Positions 31,056-42,629 of a stretch of DNA of 64,000 nt are shown piece by piece. The number at the start of each line of letters is the position of its first letter. Positions within the stretch are counted from its first letter, which is position 1. This DNA comes from Negaprion brevirostris (lineage: Eukaryota), in the NCBI GenBank assembly GCA_030324005.1, contig JARDVH010000025.1:74705949-74769948 (forward strand), read 5' to 3'. Made by a program: the position numbers and the translations under genes. Below the pieces are notes generated by a model. It had not been told where the DNA came from. It saw only the letters and a program-made list of their open reading frames with translations, and searched no databases.

Positions 31056-31141
31056 TGTAATCCTGTGATGATAGATGCCAAGGAAGTCTCTGCTGCCCAT
31101 CGAGCCCGTTACTTCTGGGGTAACCTTCCTGGTATGAACAG
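31056..31141 (+). CDS. DNMT3A: DNMT3A coding exon (human exon 20 equivalent) with RxR motif VIII
   Basis: Acceptor tttttttgccag, donor gttggt; 86 bp. [28 protein letters not shown](R). Confidence 0.98.
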
Positions 31142-31289
31142 GTTGGTGAAAGAACGGTGTGGGACCCATACTGAGAATTAGCCAGTGGACAACATGACAC
31201 AGTGAGACTCAGCAGAGTATTCTGTCAGCGAATATAGAACCTCTATAGAAATCCTTTGGCTCACCACCTGATTCTAGTCATTTTACCCC

Positions 31290-31595
31290 TTTACCAAAGA
31301 GGTGGATGGGGATAAGGCAGTTGACGTGGTATATATGGACTTTAGTAAGGCGTTTGATAAGGTTCACCANNNNNNNNNNNNNNNNNNNNNNNNNNNNNNN
31401 NNNNNNNNNNNNNNNNNNNNNNNNNNNNNNNNNNNNNNNNNNNNNNNNNNNNNNNNNNNNNNNNNNNNNAGAGATCCGTGGATAGGTTTATGGATGGAAA
31501 GGGATTGGTTTAGGTTAGAGGGTCATTGCTTTTTAATTGGTCGGCGGAACATCGTGGGCCGAAGGGCCTGTTCTGCGCTGTAATGTTCTATGTTT
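31290..31595 (+). mobile_element. Young CR1 copy with internal gap
   Basis: DGDKAVDVVYMDFSKAFDKVH, then gap, then tail catcgtgggccgaagggcctgttctgcgctgtaatgttctatg. Confidence 0.9.
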
Positions 31596-32069
31596 CTCCC
31601 ATGTAACTCCTTCCAGGAAGAAACATAATGTTGTCCAGCTTGTAGTGTTATTATATTGTGTTTGGTTGACTAGATGCAAGATGAGGTATAGTTGTCAATT
31701 TTTGCTGTTTCTGCAGAACTCATTTCTACAATGTACCCCATCTGACCAAGAACTGGGGAGACTTGTAGTCAAATTGAAACGACTACTCAGAAACTTGAAA
31801 CCGGTGACTTGTCTTTTGGAGACAGACATCCCTTTATTATGCTGGAACTTAGCAATTCTAAAGTGCCAATGCTTTATTTTTAATTTTTATACCTAATTTT
31901 CTCGTTTTATATTCCCTTCCATTATATCTTATTCAATGTTCAATTCCAAAAGTACAGTGATGCAAGTATTACATCATAGGTATGTTACTGGAAATAATTG
32001 AAGAAACCTTAAAATAAGCATATGTTGTGATCCTTCCTTGGGTTCATTACAAATAGCCTACTGTCTAAT

Positions 32070-32350
32070 GATTTATTTATTATTAGTCACAAGTAAACAC
32101 TGCAATGAAGTTACCGTGAAAATCCCCTAGTCGCCACATGTTCAGATACCCTGAGGGAGAACTTATCATGGCCAGTGCACCTAACCAGTGCATCTTTCGG
32201 ACTGTGGAAGGAAACTGGAGCACCCCGAGGAAACCCATGCAGACATGGAGAATGCAGACTCCGCGCAGACAGTGACCCAAGCCAGGAATCAAACCTGGGT
32301 CCCTGGCACTGTGCAGCAGTAGGGCGAACTACTGTGCCACTGTGCCGCCC
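32070..32350 (-). mobile_element. V-SINE (HE1-like head, alternative tail)
   Basis: Reverse complement starts gggcggcacagtggcacagtag, B-box gggtttgattcc, V core gggtttcctcggggtgctccagtttccttccacagtcc, tail ttgtgactaataataaataaa. Confidence 0.85.
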
Positions 32351-32659
32351 CTTAACGACTTACATTTAGTTCCATTTCTCATTCTCATCAGCTATACTTT
32401 AATCCCCTAGACTTGGCAACAGATTCAAAATAATGTCAGGAAATAGGGAATACTTTAGTTTATGAAAGAAAAGCTGATATTGCGGATGGTGTACATTGCT
32501 GACAGTAATAATAGAAAAGTCTGCTGCCTTCCTTTTTGCTGAAATAAAACTGCTGGCAGAAGAGTAACAAGATACAGATTGTGTGTGGGTGTGAGTTCTG
32601 TAATTCTGTATGGCCATTTGATCCACATAACAAGCTAATGAAACCACCAAATAAATACT

Positions 32660-33330
32660 CAAGCCCCAGATTTCAGCAGTAGTAGTGCGTCTTTGAGGAC
32701 ATTTCTGGTGTTGTCCACGCTGAATGTCATAACAGGAGGAGTGTTGATGCAGATGTCGATGGGCCAGCTGCTTGAAGTATACATAATATGCAGCTTATCA
32801 ATCAGTGTATAATTTTGACTTGATGCCAGTGCTGCTATTTTGGAGCTCAAAACTCCAGCTGACATCATCCCTGAAACAAGCACAGCTGGACACATGTTTA
32901 GCAGCAGGAAGGGTCCCCTAATCCTACACTATTTAAAGGGAGCATCATGTCAGCTGACTGTTACTTACTGGCTCTTGCTATGATTTTGTAAAATCATTTG
33001 TGTTTTAATAGAAATGTAGAAAGATTTGTGGCACAGAACGAGATCATTAGAAGAATTCTTTACGATTGCTAAAGTTTACAGGAAGTCATACGGCAGGTGT
33101 CCTTGTCCAAAGTTCAAGGATTCTGCAGAAACCACTTGCTCCTCGCCATTGGGATATGGCAGCAGGAGGATAGACTCTCCCTAGACAGCAGTGTGACGGA
33201 GAGAAGAAGCAAAGATGACATGGAACAGGACCAACTGCTGGAAGAGGAAGGAAGAGGAGATCGACATGTGCTCTCAGTCAAAAGCCGTATCTACACAGGG
33301 TGTTTAGTGAGCAGTTTTCCTTCCTAAACT
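32660..33330 (+). mobile_element. Harbinger-like 5' remnant
   Basis: Terminal-like sequence followed by a decayed acidic/Arg-rich transposase N-terminus (QQE...EEEGRGDR) similar to that at ~50930. Confidence 0.4.
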
Positions 33331-33339
33331 TTAACAACA

Positions 33340-34980
33340 GCTTACTAATTTAGTAAAACATCCCATGGCACTATACAGTCATTATGAAACACAATTTATC
33401 ACTGAGTAGCATTGGAGATTCAGATGGCCTAAGGTTCCTAAAATTAGATTTTAAGGAGCTTCCTAAAGGGAGAACAGAGACATGGTCACCAATGGTGAGG
33501 TCAATGAATTTGAAGATACTGACGAGACTGGAATTAGCAGTGTGCATCAATTTTAAGGATGGAGGGGATTACAAGATATGAAGGGGCAAGCCCTGAAGGA
33601 AATTGAAAACAAGGATGAAAATTTTAAAATTGAGACATTGCATAACCTGGGGCGACTGTAGGCTAACAAGCATAGGCTGGATGCCTGAGCGGGAACTAGC
33701 AAGTTAGGTCACAGGCAGCAGAATTTTGAATGACCTCAAGTTTGCAGAAGGTAGAACAAGGGAGACCAGCCAGAAATGTATTTGAATAGTCAAGTGACTG
33801 ATGGATGGGAGTTTCAGCAGCACCAGGAGAAAAGGACGAAGGTGGGGACCATTATAGAGTGGAAATATGTGGTCTTAGTGATGGTGTAGATGTATTGTTG
33901 AAAGTTCACCTCATGATTAAATAATACACCAAGACTACAAACAGTTTGATTCAGCCTCCTCAAGACAGTTGCGTGGGATAGGGATGGAGTTGCTAACAAC
34001 GGAATTAAGTTTGTGACATGAATCAAGATAGTGGGCATGATCTTACAAAATAAATTCAAAGGGCTGAATGAGCGAGAAAATGGGAAAGAGTGTTGCTGAT
34101 TTTTTTTCAGCAAGCTGCAAGTCACAATCTTACAGCATTCAATGCAAAAAAAGAGCCTTGTTCTATTATTCATGTGGAGGGTGGGGAGGGGAAGCTTGAG
34201 CTCGCCGGTGAAGTCAGGTGCAGAGTGTTTAGAGCACCATTGCACAGGCGCCCTGATCTCCCAGTGTAATGGAAGATCTCCTGCCATCCCTCCTCACTCC
34301 TCCTTGGACATTACTGTACCCCCCACTGATTGCTCCCTGTGCCAGTCCCTCAACCCTAGCCTGCCGATCACTCTCTGTGCCAACTCTAATCATGACATTA
34401 ATGGTTAAATCGACACAAAGCCGATCACACTAGAAAAACAGGGCAAGGAAGATGAGATCAGTTTGCGCCTGCTGCAAAAGCCTCATGTTATCTTCGACCA
34501 CGCAGCAGGCTGGAATAAACGCACCCAGTGACCGGTTTTCCCAATGTTTAGTTGGAGGAAATTTCTGCTCATTTAATTCTGGTGTTTGAACCAGCAGGCT
34601 GACAAGTTAAAGACAGCAGAGGGGTCAAAAGTGGTCAACCATGNNNNNNNNNNGAGGGTGAGGTAGAGCTGTGTAGTGTCAGCAGACATATGACAACTGA
34701 CACTGTGTTTTCTATTCATGTTGCCAAGTGACAGCATGTTAGTGAAAAACAGGACGGACTAAGAATAGAATCCTTAGGGAACACCAGAGGTATCATTGAG
34801 GGTGAGCAAATAGAAGCCATTTTAGGTAATTCTCTGGCTACAAGTGAACAGATAAGAATTGAACCACACAACTGCAGTTCCACCCAGTTAGACGGACAGA
34901 CCCAGTGGAGAGACTTTGGAGTGGTATTTTGTGGTTAATGTGCCAAAGGCAGCAGTACATTGTGAGGGATACCATGACTG
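33340..34980 (-). mobile_element. L2 LINE remnant interrupted by a MITE-like insert (~34030-34540)
   Basis: SLGVLFNHEVNFQQYIYTITKTTYFH; decayed SGVPxGxxLxPxLF and HMSADDT motifs. Confidence 0.7.
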
Positions 34981-35164
34981 CCCCTGACAGGCTATACAAA
35001 ACCTACCTGCCTGTAGATTCAAAAGCCAACCTGGAGAAGTTGTCTTCACCTCCACCCTCACCCCTCCAGGTGGCCTGGCCGCTTTTTGCATTTTTTATTA
35101 AAAGTTTTTTTAAAAGTGGCTATTGAGGGGCCGTCCCACCCAGAAAGGAAGAAAGCAAACTTGG

Positions 35165-35316
35165 GAAATCTTTGGTCTCACCCATCGACTCTGTCCACAC
35201 TACCCCGCTGCCTCAGAAAAGCAGCCAGCATAATCAAGGACCCCACACACCCCAGAAACTTTCTCTTCCACCTTCTTCCATCAGGAAAAAGGTACAAACA
35301 TCTGTGATCATGTACC
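35165..35316 (+). mobile_element. Rex1/Babar-type LINE 3' ORF fragment
   Basis: RCLRKAASIIKDPTHPxxxLFHLLPSGKRY, the typical Rex1 RT C-terminus; runs into the gap. Confidence 0.75.
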
Positions 35317-35416
35317 NNNNNNNNNNNNNNNNNNNNNNNNNNNNNNNNNNNNNNNNNNNNNNNNNNNNNNNNNNNNNNNNNNNNNNNNNNNNNNNNNNNN
35401 NNNNNNNNNNNNNNNN

Positions 35417-36319
35417 GGCAAGATAGAAAAAGTGAATGAAGAAAGTAGCAGCTGTGCAAGCCTTTGTTCCTGGTGTTACAGCTGAAGCCACAATGAACCA
35501 TATATCAGCTACCAGCAGATTTACTGCTATATTCAGAATTCCAACATGGCGAGTATATGAAGTCTTATTTTTGGTCACATGTTTCCACACCATGGTCTCT
35601 ATGATAATAATAATTAATAAACATCCTATTGATATGGCAACTCCAACTGTGGTTATATACTCCAAAGCTGGATCGTCTATGGAATCAGGAGACATTAAAA
35701 TAGAAAAGGATGTCAAGTGATCACAGTTACATGTGATATTTTCCCCATTAATTTCAGGCGTACAGCCAGTGTTATTCCAAGTGCCATTGCCACTAAAGTC
35801 CCAAAATGCACACATGGCCGTGTTGAGATCAAGCATGTGATTTCTTGGTGAGAAGGTCAAGCTGATGTTAACAGGTTTCATAATGTTTAATGTGATTGTC
35901 ATAACAAGACCATTAATCAAAAAGTCTCCATCGAAGGTTGTAGTATTGGGTAAAATATCAATCAATGTTGGATATGCAATGGTGATAACTGTGGCATTTG
36001 ATGTATCTTCAAATTCTTCAGAGGAAAGGAATACACTTGCACTTAAATTGGAATATTCTCCGGTTGAGATGTTAACAAAGGGCTCGATAATAGAACAGTT
36101 CCTGTTATGACCATCAATTCTAGCAGCTCTGAATTCAAGATTATCTTCTTTGAACTGCAAACAGTAAATCTGCTGATTGAGGCGTTGATTAAACTTTTCC
36201 ACCGCCTGTAATAATTGAGAACTAGAGCTGGAATTATTTTCAGTTCGTGTGTTTGTGAGAATTTTCCAACTATCTATTGATTCAAAAGAGATAACTCTGC
36301 TTACAGTTTTCAAGAAATT
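35417..36319 (-). CDS. Adhesion GPCR, ADGRF subfamily (GPR116/GPR110-like): large GAIN-GPS-7TM exon, 3' part lost in an assembly gap
   Basis: Minus-strand acceptor gtttttcag, then 301 open codons: NFLKTVSRV...SSQLLQAVEKF...AYPTL...CAFWDF...WNNTGC...TCNCDHLTSFSILMSPDS (GPS + Stachel), TM1 (YITTVGVAISIGCLLIIIIIE), VWKHVTKNKTSYTRH, TM2, and TM3 ACTAATFFIHFFYLA. All of these closely resemble ADGRF5. Confidence 0.95.
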
Positions 36320-37166
36320 CTGAAAAACACAAAGCCCAAATTGATCAAATATTCAATTTCAGATTCACAGAAAATCAAACATTTTTAGCATCAGAAAATA
36401 GTCTTGAACTAAGAAAATTAGAAAATAACATGCAGGGAAATAAACAGCTGGTCCACTGTGCCTATCTCACACTTATGAACTCTGGAGAAACATTACTACC
36501 AAACTTTCCCTGTGCAGCCATATAAACCTCCTGAAAAGTCAAAGGAATCCAGAACCAGCAGAGTAAAATCANNNNNNNNNNCTGGAAAGGTTCCCTTTGA
36601 ACCCCTCAGATGATCAAAACAAGCCCAACTGGTCATATTGACCATATGTACATTAACTGTAAATCCACCAACCTTTGATGCAATTCAACTTTGCCCTGAC
36701 TAATTGATTTTACTATTTCCTATTGGAGTTTGCAGAGCATCAGCACACACTTCTCAAGCCAGCAATACATTCCAGCTAGTACTCCTTGAATAAAGAACCA
36801 TCTAACACCTGGACCATTCCTACTTCTGCTTGGTTTAACTGTATGTCTCTCTGATATTACCTCAATATGTCAAGTTGCAATGTTTATCAATAGGCACACA
36901 CTCCAACTCTTATTGTTTCATATACATTGGCATAAGAAATAGGAGCTGGAGTGAACATTTAGTCCTCTGAGTTTGCTCCGCCATTCTATATAATTATGGT
37001 TGATCTTCTGCCACAAATCTTTGTTATCCTCATTGTTGGGGAAAGGAAAATTATTCTAGTAGGTTAGGGAAGATTTTAAACTATTAGATATTTAAGACAA
37101 TAACAGAACTTTGAGTTCAAAGACTTTAAGTCAGACTTATAAGCTTACAAGAGAAAAGTTTACACA

Positions 37167-37508
37167 CATAGAACATAGAATCCAACAGTGCAGAAACAGA
37201 TCCTTCGGCCCATCGAGTCTACACCGACCACAATCCCACCCAGGCCCTATCCCCATTTCCCTACACATTTACCCTCTAATCCCTCTAACCTACACATCCC
37301 AGGACACTAAGGGGCAATTTTAGCATGGCCAATTAACCTAACCTGCACATCTTTAGACTGTGGGAGGAAACCGGAGCACCCAGAGGAAACCCACACAGAC
37401 ACAAGGAGAATGTGCAAACTTCACAAAGACAGTGTGGAGCTGGGAATTAAACCCAGGTCACTGGAGCTGTGAAGCAGCAGTGCTAACCACTGTGCTACCA
37501 TGCCGCCC
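37167..37508 (-). mobile_element. HE1-type V-SINE, full length
   Basis: Reverse complement gggcggcatggtagcacagtggttagcactgctgcttcacagctccag...gggtttaattccc, V core, and CR1/HER1-type tail ctgcactgttggattctatgttctatg. Confidence 0.92.
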
Positions 37509-37559
37509 CAACTGCGACCTTTGTCGCAGTTAGATAGCATGTAGTTTTTTTATCTTAGT

Positions 37560-38470
37560 AAGAGCCATTTCATTACTTTGGTGGGAATTGGAAAATGATT
37601 GGAGGGATGCAACCAGGAAGCTCCAAGACAAATGGGCATGGATTTGGGAGGCAACAGGAGAGGAAAGGGAGTTTGGAAATGGGATGGTAGCTGGCAAGAA
37701 TGGAGGGAATGGGTGGTGATGGCAGATTGATGGTGAGAGGAACAGTATTCAGATAAGAAATCTGTTTCCAATATCAGCTAATACAGGAGCTTTATAGAAA
37801 CAAGGTCCAGAGAGCCAGAAGTGGATTTCATTGTGAACTTGAGATCAGGGAGGATATGAAGGAGATAGAAAAGAATCAAGAGAAAGATGTGAGTTTTGGG
37901 GTTGAGGTGTGAGGAACCTCAGGTGAAGTTAGTTTGTTCCATTGGATTAGGAGAAGAGAGGCAAGTAACTGACCTTATGAACAGATGGTCGCCTACTTTG
38001 TGACACGTGCATGAGCTGTTCACACTTATTATTGGAAGTGAGGTAGAATGCGCCATGTAGCGTGGTTTAAGAAAAACATTCATCGCGGAGTAGAGAAGCT
38101 GACTGTTCTGTTTGCTTGGAGAAACTTTGAATAGCGGGCAGTTTTAGGGATGGAGTTACACTTTGTGATCCAGAGAGATAAAACAGTTGTCCACAACAGA
38201 CAGTCAAATCTGCATTCCTTAGACTTTAGGAATCAAAGTTGGAGGTGTACATCAAGGAATGACTAGAGTGAGTGAGAGTTATGATTTTAGTGGGGCCAAG
38301 ATAATGTAGAGGATGACAGCAAATCAGTAGCTGCAGAAATGTCCTGATGGATTGTAGGCCAAAGACTAGATAGTTGGGAATTGAAAGTGAGCCTCAGAGC
38401 AGAGAGTAGGATGGCATTGCCAAAGTTGGTGAAGAAGGTTGTGATTGTAAATATTTATCCAGACTGGAGC
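37560..38470 (-). mobile_element. Old L2-like LINE remnant (endonuclease/linker region)
   Basis: Purine-rich on +, with decayed L2-like features (tccagtctgg, taaaccacgctac); heavily mutated. Confidence 0.45.
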
Positions 38471-38479
38471 AGGTGGGTA

Positions 38480-39330
38480 ATGGCAACATCTCCCAGTTCA
38501 CAACCCATTGTTGCACAAGAGAAGTTACTGAAGCTCTGCATCATAAGAGAGCTGACATACGCTCCATTTTCTCTTGCCAGAGAGAAGCAGGCAGAGCCTA
38601 GAGGACCCACTGTTGAATTGCACTATCTTGGCTTGGGCAGCAGGTCAGTGCTGGCTCGTAGCATGAATACTGCTGGAGTGGCAGTGGTTGAATACTGCTG
38701 GAGTGGCAGCGGTTGGAGGCCCAACATTGACATCTTAAGAGAGGACAACAGATTTATGCTCCAGCAAGGCATTGCACTGAATCAAGGCAGTGCCTCAGTA
38801 AGCTTCGCAATCTATTGCAGCACAAATTACTCAACATTGTTCAAGTCACTTTGAACACTGGGATCTGTAGCCATGATGGCAGCAACTTCAGCTTGTATGG
38901 CAGCAAGGTGGCCTTGCAAGACCTCAGTCTGAGCTTCCACTGCAGCACTCAGAAATTGCGTGGCTTCTGCTTGTGTTGAAATGGAAACTGAGACATCAAT
39001 CATCAAGCACAGCATTATAGCTGGGACAAAAGTATGCTAATAGATTTAGCCATCCCTTCCATACTGGACAGGATGGGCTGCACTTTGTGCATGTTCCTTT
39101 GTCAGGTTGGTGTGAAGTCTTCCATACTCCTTGACAATACATCTAGGCCTGCAGTACAATAAACATTTCATTGTGCAGATCCATCAGCCTTCTTCTGTAG
39201 ACCACGACATTGAAGTGATCAATGGTGTCCTCTAGAGCAAAACCTATCTGCAATATCCCAGCTGGTGAGCTTTGACCCCTGTCCTGAATGGAGGCCACCT
39301 GTACCCAATGTCTTACTGCATTGCCCCTTT
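38480..39330. mobile_element. Internally deleted Harbinger remnant
   Basis: + strand CIIRELT...FSLAREKQAE (HARBI1-like); - strand LSAAVEAQTEVLQGHLAAIQAEVAAIMA, similar to the Myb-gene C-terminus at ~22330. Confidence 0.55.
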
Positions 39331-40659
39331 ATGATTTTCAAACATTCAACTGATTGGAAATTTTGAAGTTTGAAATGAGGCAGAACAAGCTATTTAAAAT
39401 GCAAAGCCACCGTCCAAAGTTAAGGTGAAAAAGCAGACAAGACACCCTCAGGGGAGTTTGAAGGAAGAGTAAGAATTCAAAGACCCATCAAAATGCGTCA
39501 GTGTCCAAAGAATTGACATTAAAATGCCAAGTGCTCGATATTGAAACATGGGCTGCCGGATGGAAATACGTAATGGGTGAAGTATAGCAGGCCAGGTTGC
39601 AGCCAATGCAGGGAGATTGCGAGCAAGGTTTCAGCAGAAGGGAGCAGGCTGAAAGCTGGACTTCTCTCTTTCTTTCTCTCTTTCTCTTTTGGAACAAGTT
39701 CAATCCAGAACAATCTGGTTCAGTAGCCAGCACCACCAGAAATTTACTAATGAACCCAGATCTTGTAATAATTGGAATATCTTCTGAATCTGACCACATC
39801 CAGAAAAGCAGTAAATCAAAATTGGCTGTTATATTTAAAAATCTACACCTCAAGAGTCAGCAAAGAACATTTAATTGCACATTACTTTCACTGCTTAAAT
39901 AGTTAAATACATTCTGATTTGGGAAAGGCATATCTTTGTGAAGAAGAAATTTAAACCTTTGTTGTAACCAACTGGATTGAGGAGATTAACTGGAGGGGAG
40001 CCAATGTACTCCTCGTCACTTGGTCTTAACAACATTCAGATTCTATCTCTAAGGTATACTGTAAATTATGCACAATGTCAGTATTTGAACTAATGACTAT
40101 TTGTATGAGAGCAACAGTGTTTCTTCTTCATCACTATCTCTCTGTTTTTCCATCACTTTCTCTTCTGCCACCTCCAGGACGGGTTTCAGTTCTTTGGTGT
40201 CTGGAAAAAGAAAGGCACAAGGGGAGAATTATTGCATGTATGGTTCACCCTTGTCTTATTAGTCAGTTGTTTAGAGGTTTATGTTTTGGAATATTACCTG
40301 GATTCCTTTTCACGTTGGCTGCCCATTTTAAGAATGAACTCATTGCTCCTGAAATGATGCCGTAGGCTACTTTCGTGTGATTGCTTAACATCGTCCTTTT
40401 ACCATTAAATTTAAGGCAGACTTGATTTGTTTAAGATAATGATTTCATGCCTCCTTATAAATGAAAATAAGAAATAATGTTTTTAATCAGAGCAGAAATA
40501 GTCCATTCAGTACTTCTGGCCTTCTCCACAATTCGGTAAGATCATGACCGATCTCATTGTGGTTTCTACTCATGGCAACTCCATTTGCCTACCTACCTTC
40601 TATAACCGTTGATCCAGCTTCTTGTCTGGGGTCAAGAATTAAAATGATTAACAATCTTC

Positions 40660-41000
40660 TGAGAAGGTCAGGTATCTAGATGGGTTGAGAACTGGCTTGC
40701 AAAGAGGAGTCAGAGAGTAGTAGTGGAGGGGTCTTTTTCTAGCTGGAGGTCTGTCACTAGTGGNNNNNNNNNNNNNNNNNNNNNNNNNNNNNNNNNNNNN
40801 NNNNNNNNNNNNNNNNNNNNNNNNNNNNNNNNNNNNNNNNNNNNNNNNNNNNNNNNNNNNNNNTTTCCCTCAATCTGGATGGCCATAAAACATTAGACAG
40901 GGGTCGTGGGTGGAGAGGGGGACTGGTGGTGTTGAGATGGTGGCGTGGGCTCGTTGGGCCGAAGGGCCTGTTTCCTGGGCTGATTTTGTTCTTTGTTCTT
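40660..41000 (+). mobile_element. Young CR1 copy with internal gap
   Basis: WVENWLAKRSQRVVVEG...WRSVTSG, then gap, then tail ctcgttgggccgaagggcctgtttcc...ttctttgttctttgttc. Confidence 0.85.
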
Positions 41001-41004
41001 TGTT

Positions 41005-42620
41005 CCTTCTCATCCCTTTCTTAAATGGGAGACCCCTGATTCTAAAACTCTGCCTCCCTAGTTCTTGATTATCCAGGATACAAAACATCTTCTCAGCATC
41101 TACCCTACAAGTTCAAAGTGGACAGCCTCACACTTTCTCACATTGTTCTCCATCTGCCAAATTTTAGCCTACTTGCTTAACCTATTTATATTCCTATGCA
41201 AACTCTCGTGTCCTCCTCACAACTCGCTCTCAAACCATCTTTGTATCATCAACCAATTTGGTGATAACACATTCAGTTCCTTCAGTCATGTCATTAATAT
41301 AGATTGTAAATAGTTGAGACCACAGCACTAATCCCTCTGGAACCTAACAAGTTAAAGTTTGCATAGCTGAAAGCGACCCATGTATCTCAACTTTCTGTTT
41401 CCTGTTAGTTAGCCGATTCTCTATTCAATGCTAATATATTGCCCCAACACCATTAACTTTTGTGTCGTAATCTTTTTATATGGCATCTTTTAAAATGCCT
41501 TTTGAAAATCCAAATATCTAACATTTACTGGTCCCCTTTTATCCACCCTGCATGTTATATGTTCAAAAAACTTTAATAAATGTGTCAAATGTGATTTCTT
41601 TTTCATTAATTCATGTTGACTCTGTTTGATTCTACTATGATTTTCCAAATTACCTGCTACTACTTCCTTAATAATGGATCTAGCATTTTCAAATGAAAAA
41701 GATAGGCTAATTGGCCAGTAGTTTCCTGTTATCTGTTTCCTTCCTTTCTTGAATAGGGGGCATTTCATTTGCAGTTTCCAAATTTGCTGAATCTTACCAG
41801 AATCTAGAAAAGTTTGGAACATTTAAACTAATGTGTCCAGTTTATTTGTCGGCATTCCTTTTAAGACCCTAGGATGCAGGCCATCAAGTCCAAGGAATTT
41901 GCCAGCCTTTCATCCCATTATCTTTCTTAATACTTTTCTCTGGTGAAAGTGATTGTTTTAAGTTCTTTGATGCCTTTCGCTCATTGACTTTTTACCATTC
42001 TTGGGAAACTTTTATTGTCTTCTGCTGTGAAGACAAATACAAAATATTTGTTCAAAGTCTTTGCATTTCCATGTTTCCCATTATTATTGCCCTATCTCAT
42101 CCTCTAAGAAGATTCCTCCATGTCATCCTGTATGGTTACTTCATCTACTCGCTTCCTTTTCGTGTACTTATATAAGCTCTTACCATTTGTTTTTTATATT
42201 TCTTGCTGGCTTTCTCTCATTCAAGTATCTTTAATTTTGTCATCCCATGCTAGCTTCTATTTTTTTCCCNNNNNNNNNNNNNNNNNNNNNNNNNNNNNNN
42301 NNNNNNNNNNNNNNNNNNNNNNNNNNNNNNNNNNNNNNNNNNNNNNNNNNNNNNNNNNNNNNNNNNNNNNNNNNNNNNNNNNNNNNNNNNNNNNNNNNAC
42401 TTCTTAAATATCTGTCCCTACCTATCTACCATCTTACCCATTAAAATATTTTCCCAGTCTACCTTAGCCAATTCTATCTTCATATCTTTGTAATGGTCCT
42501 TATTTAAGTTTAAGACTCTAGTTTCTGACCTGGCTTTCTTATCCATAAACTAAATGTGAAATCCTGACATGTCATGATCACTCTACTCTTGAGAATCCTT
42601 TATTACGAGATTATTACTTG
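41005..42620 (-). mobile_element. CR1 LINE ORF2 remnant
   Basis: PLFKKGRKQITGNYWPISL...IKQSQHELMKKKSHLTHLLKFFE...YLDFQKAF. Confidence 0.85.
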
Positions 42621-42629
42621 ACGTCGGTA

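Noticed and set aside
35234-35316. C-terminal part of the 359-aa ORF after the N run
   Set aside because: Antisense of a Rex1 LINE fragment, joined only by the gap; not receptor sequence.
37440-37508. tRNA-like A/B boxes as tRNA genes
   Set aside because: They are SINE heads continuing into the V core and LINE tails.
39488-39902. Overlapping 100-120 aa ORFs upstream of the ADGRF exon as possible receptor exons
   Set aside because: No recognisable ADGRF motif and no convincing splice-site pair.
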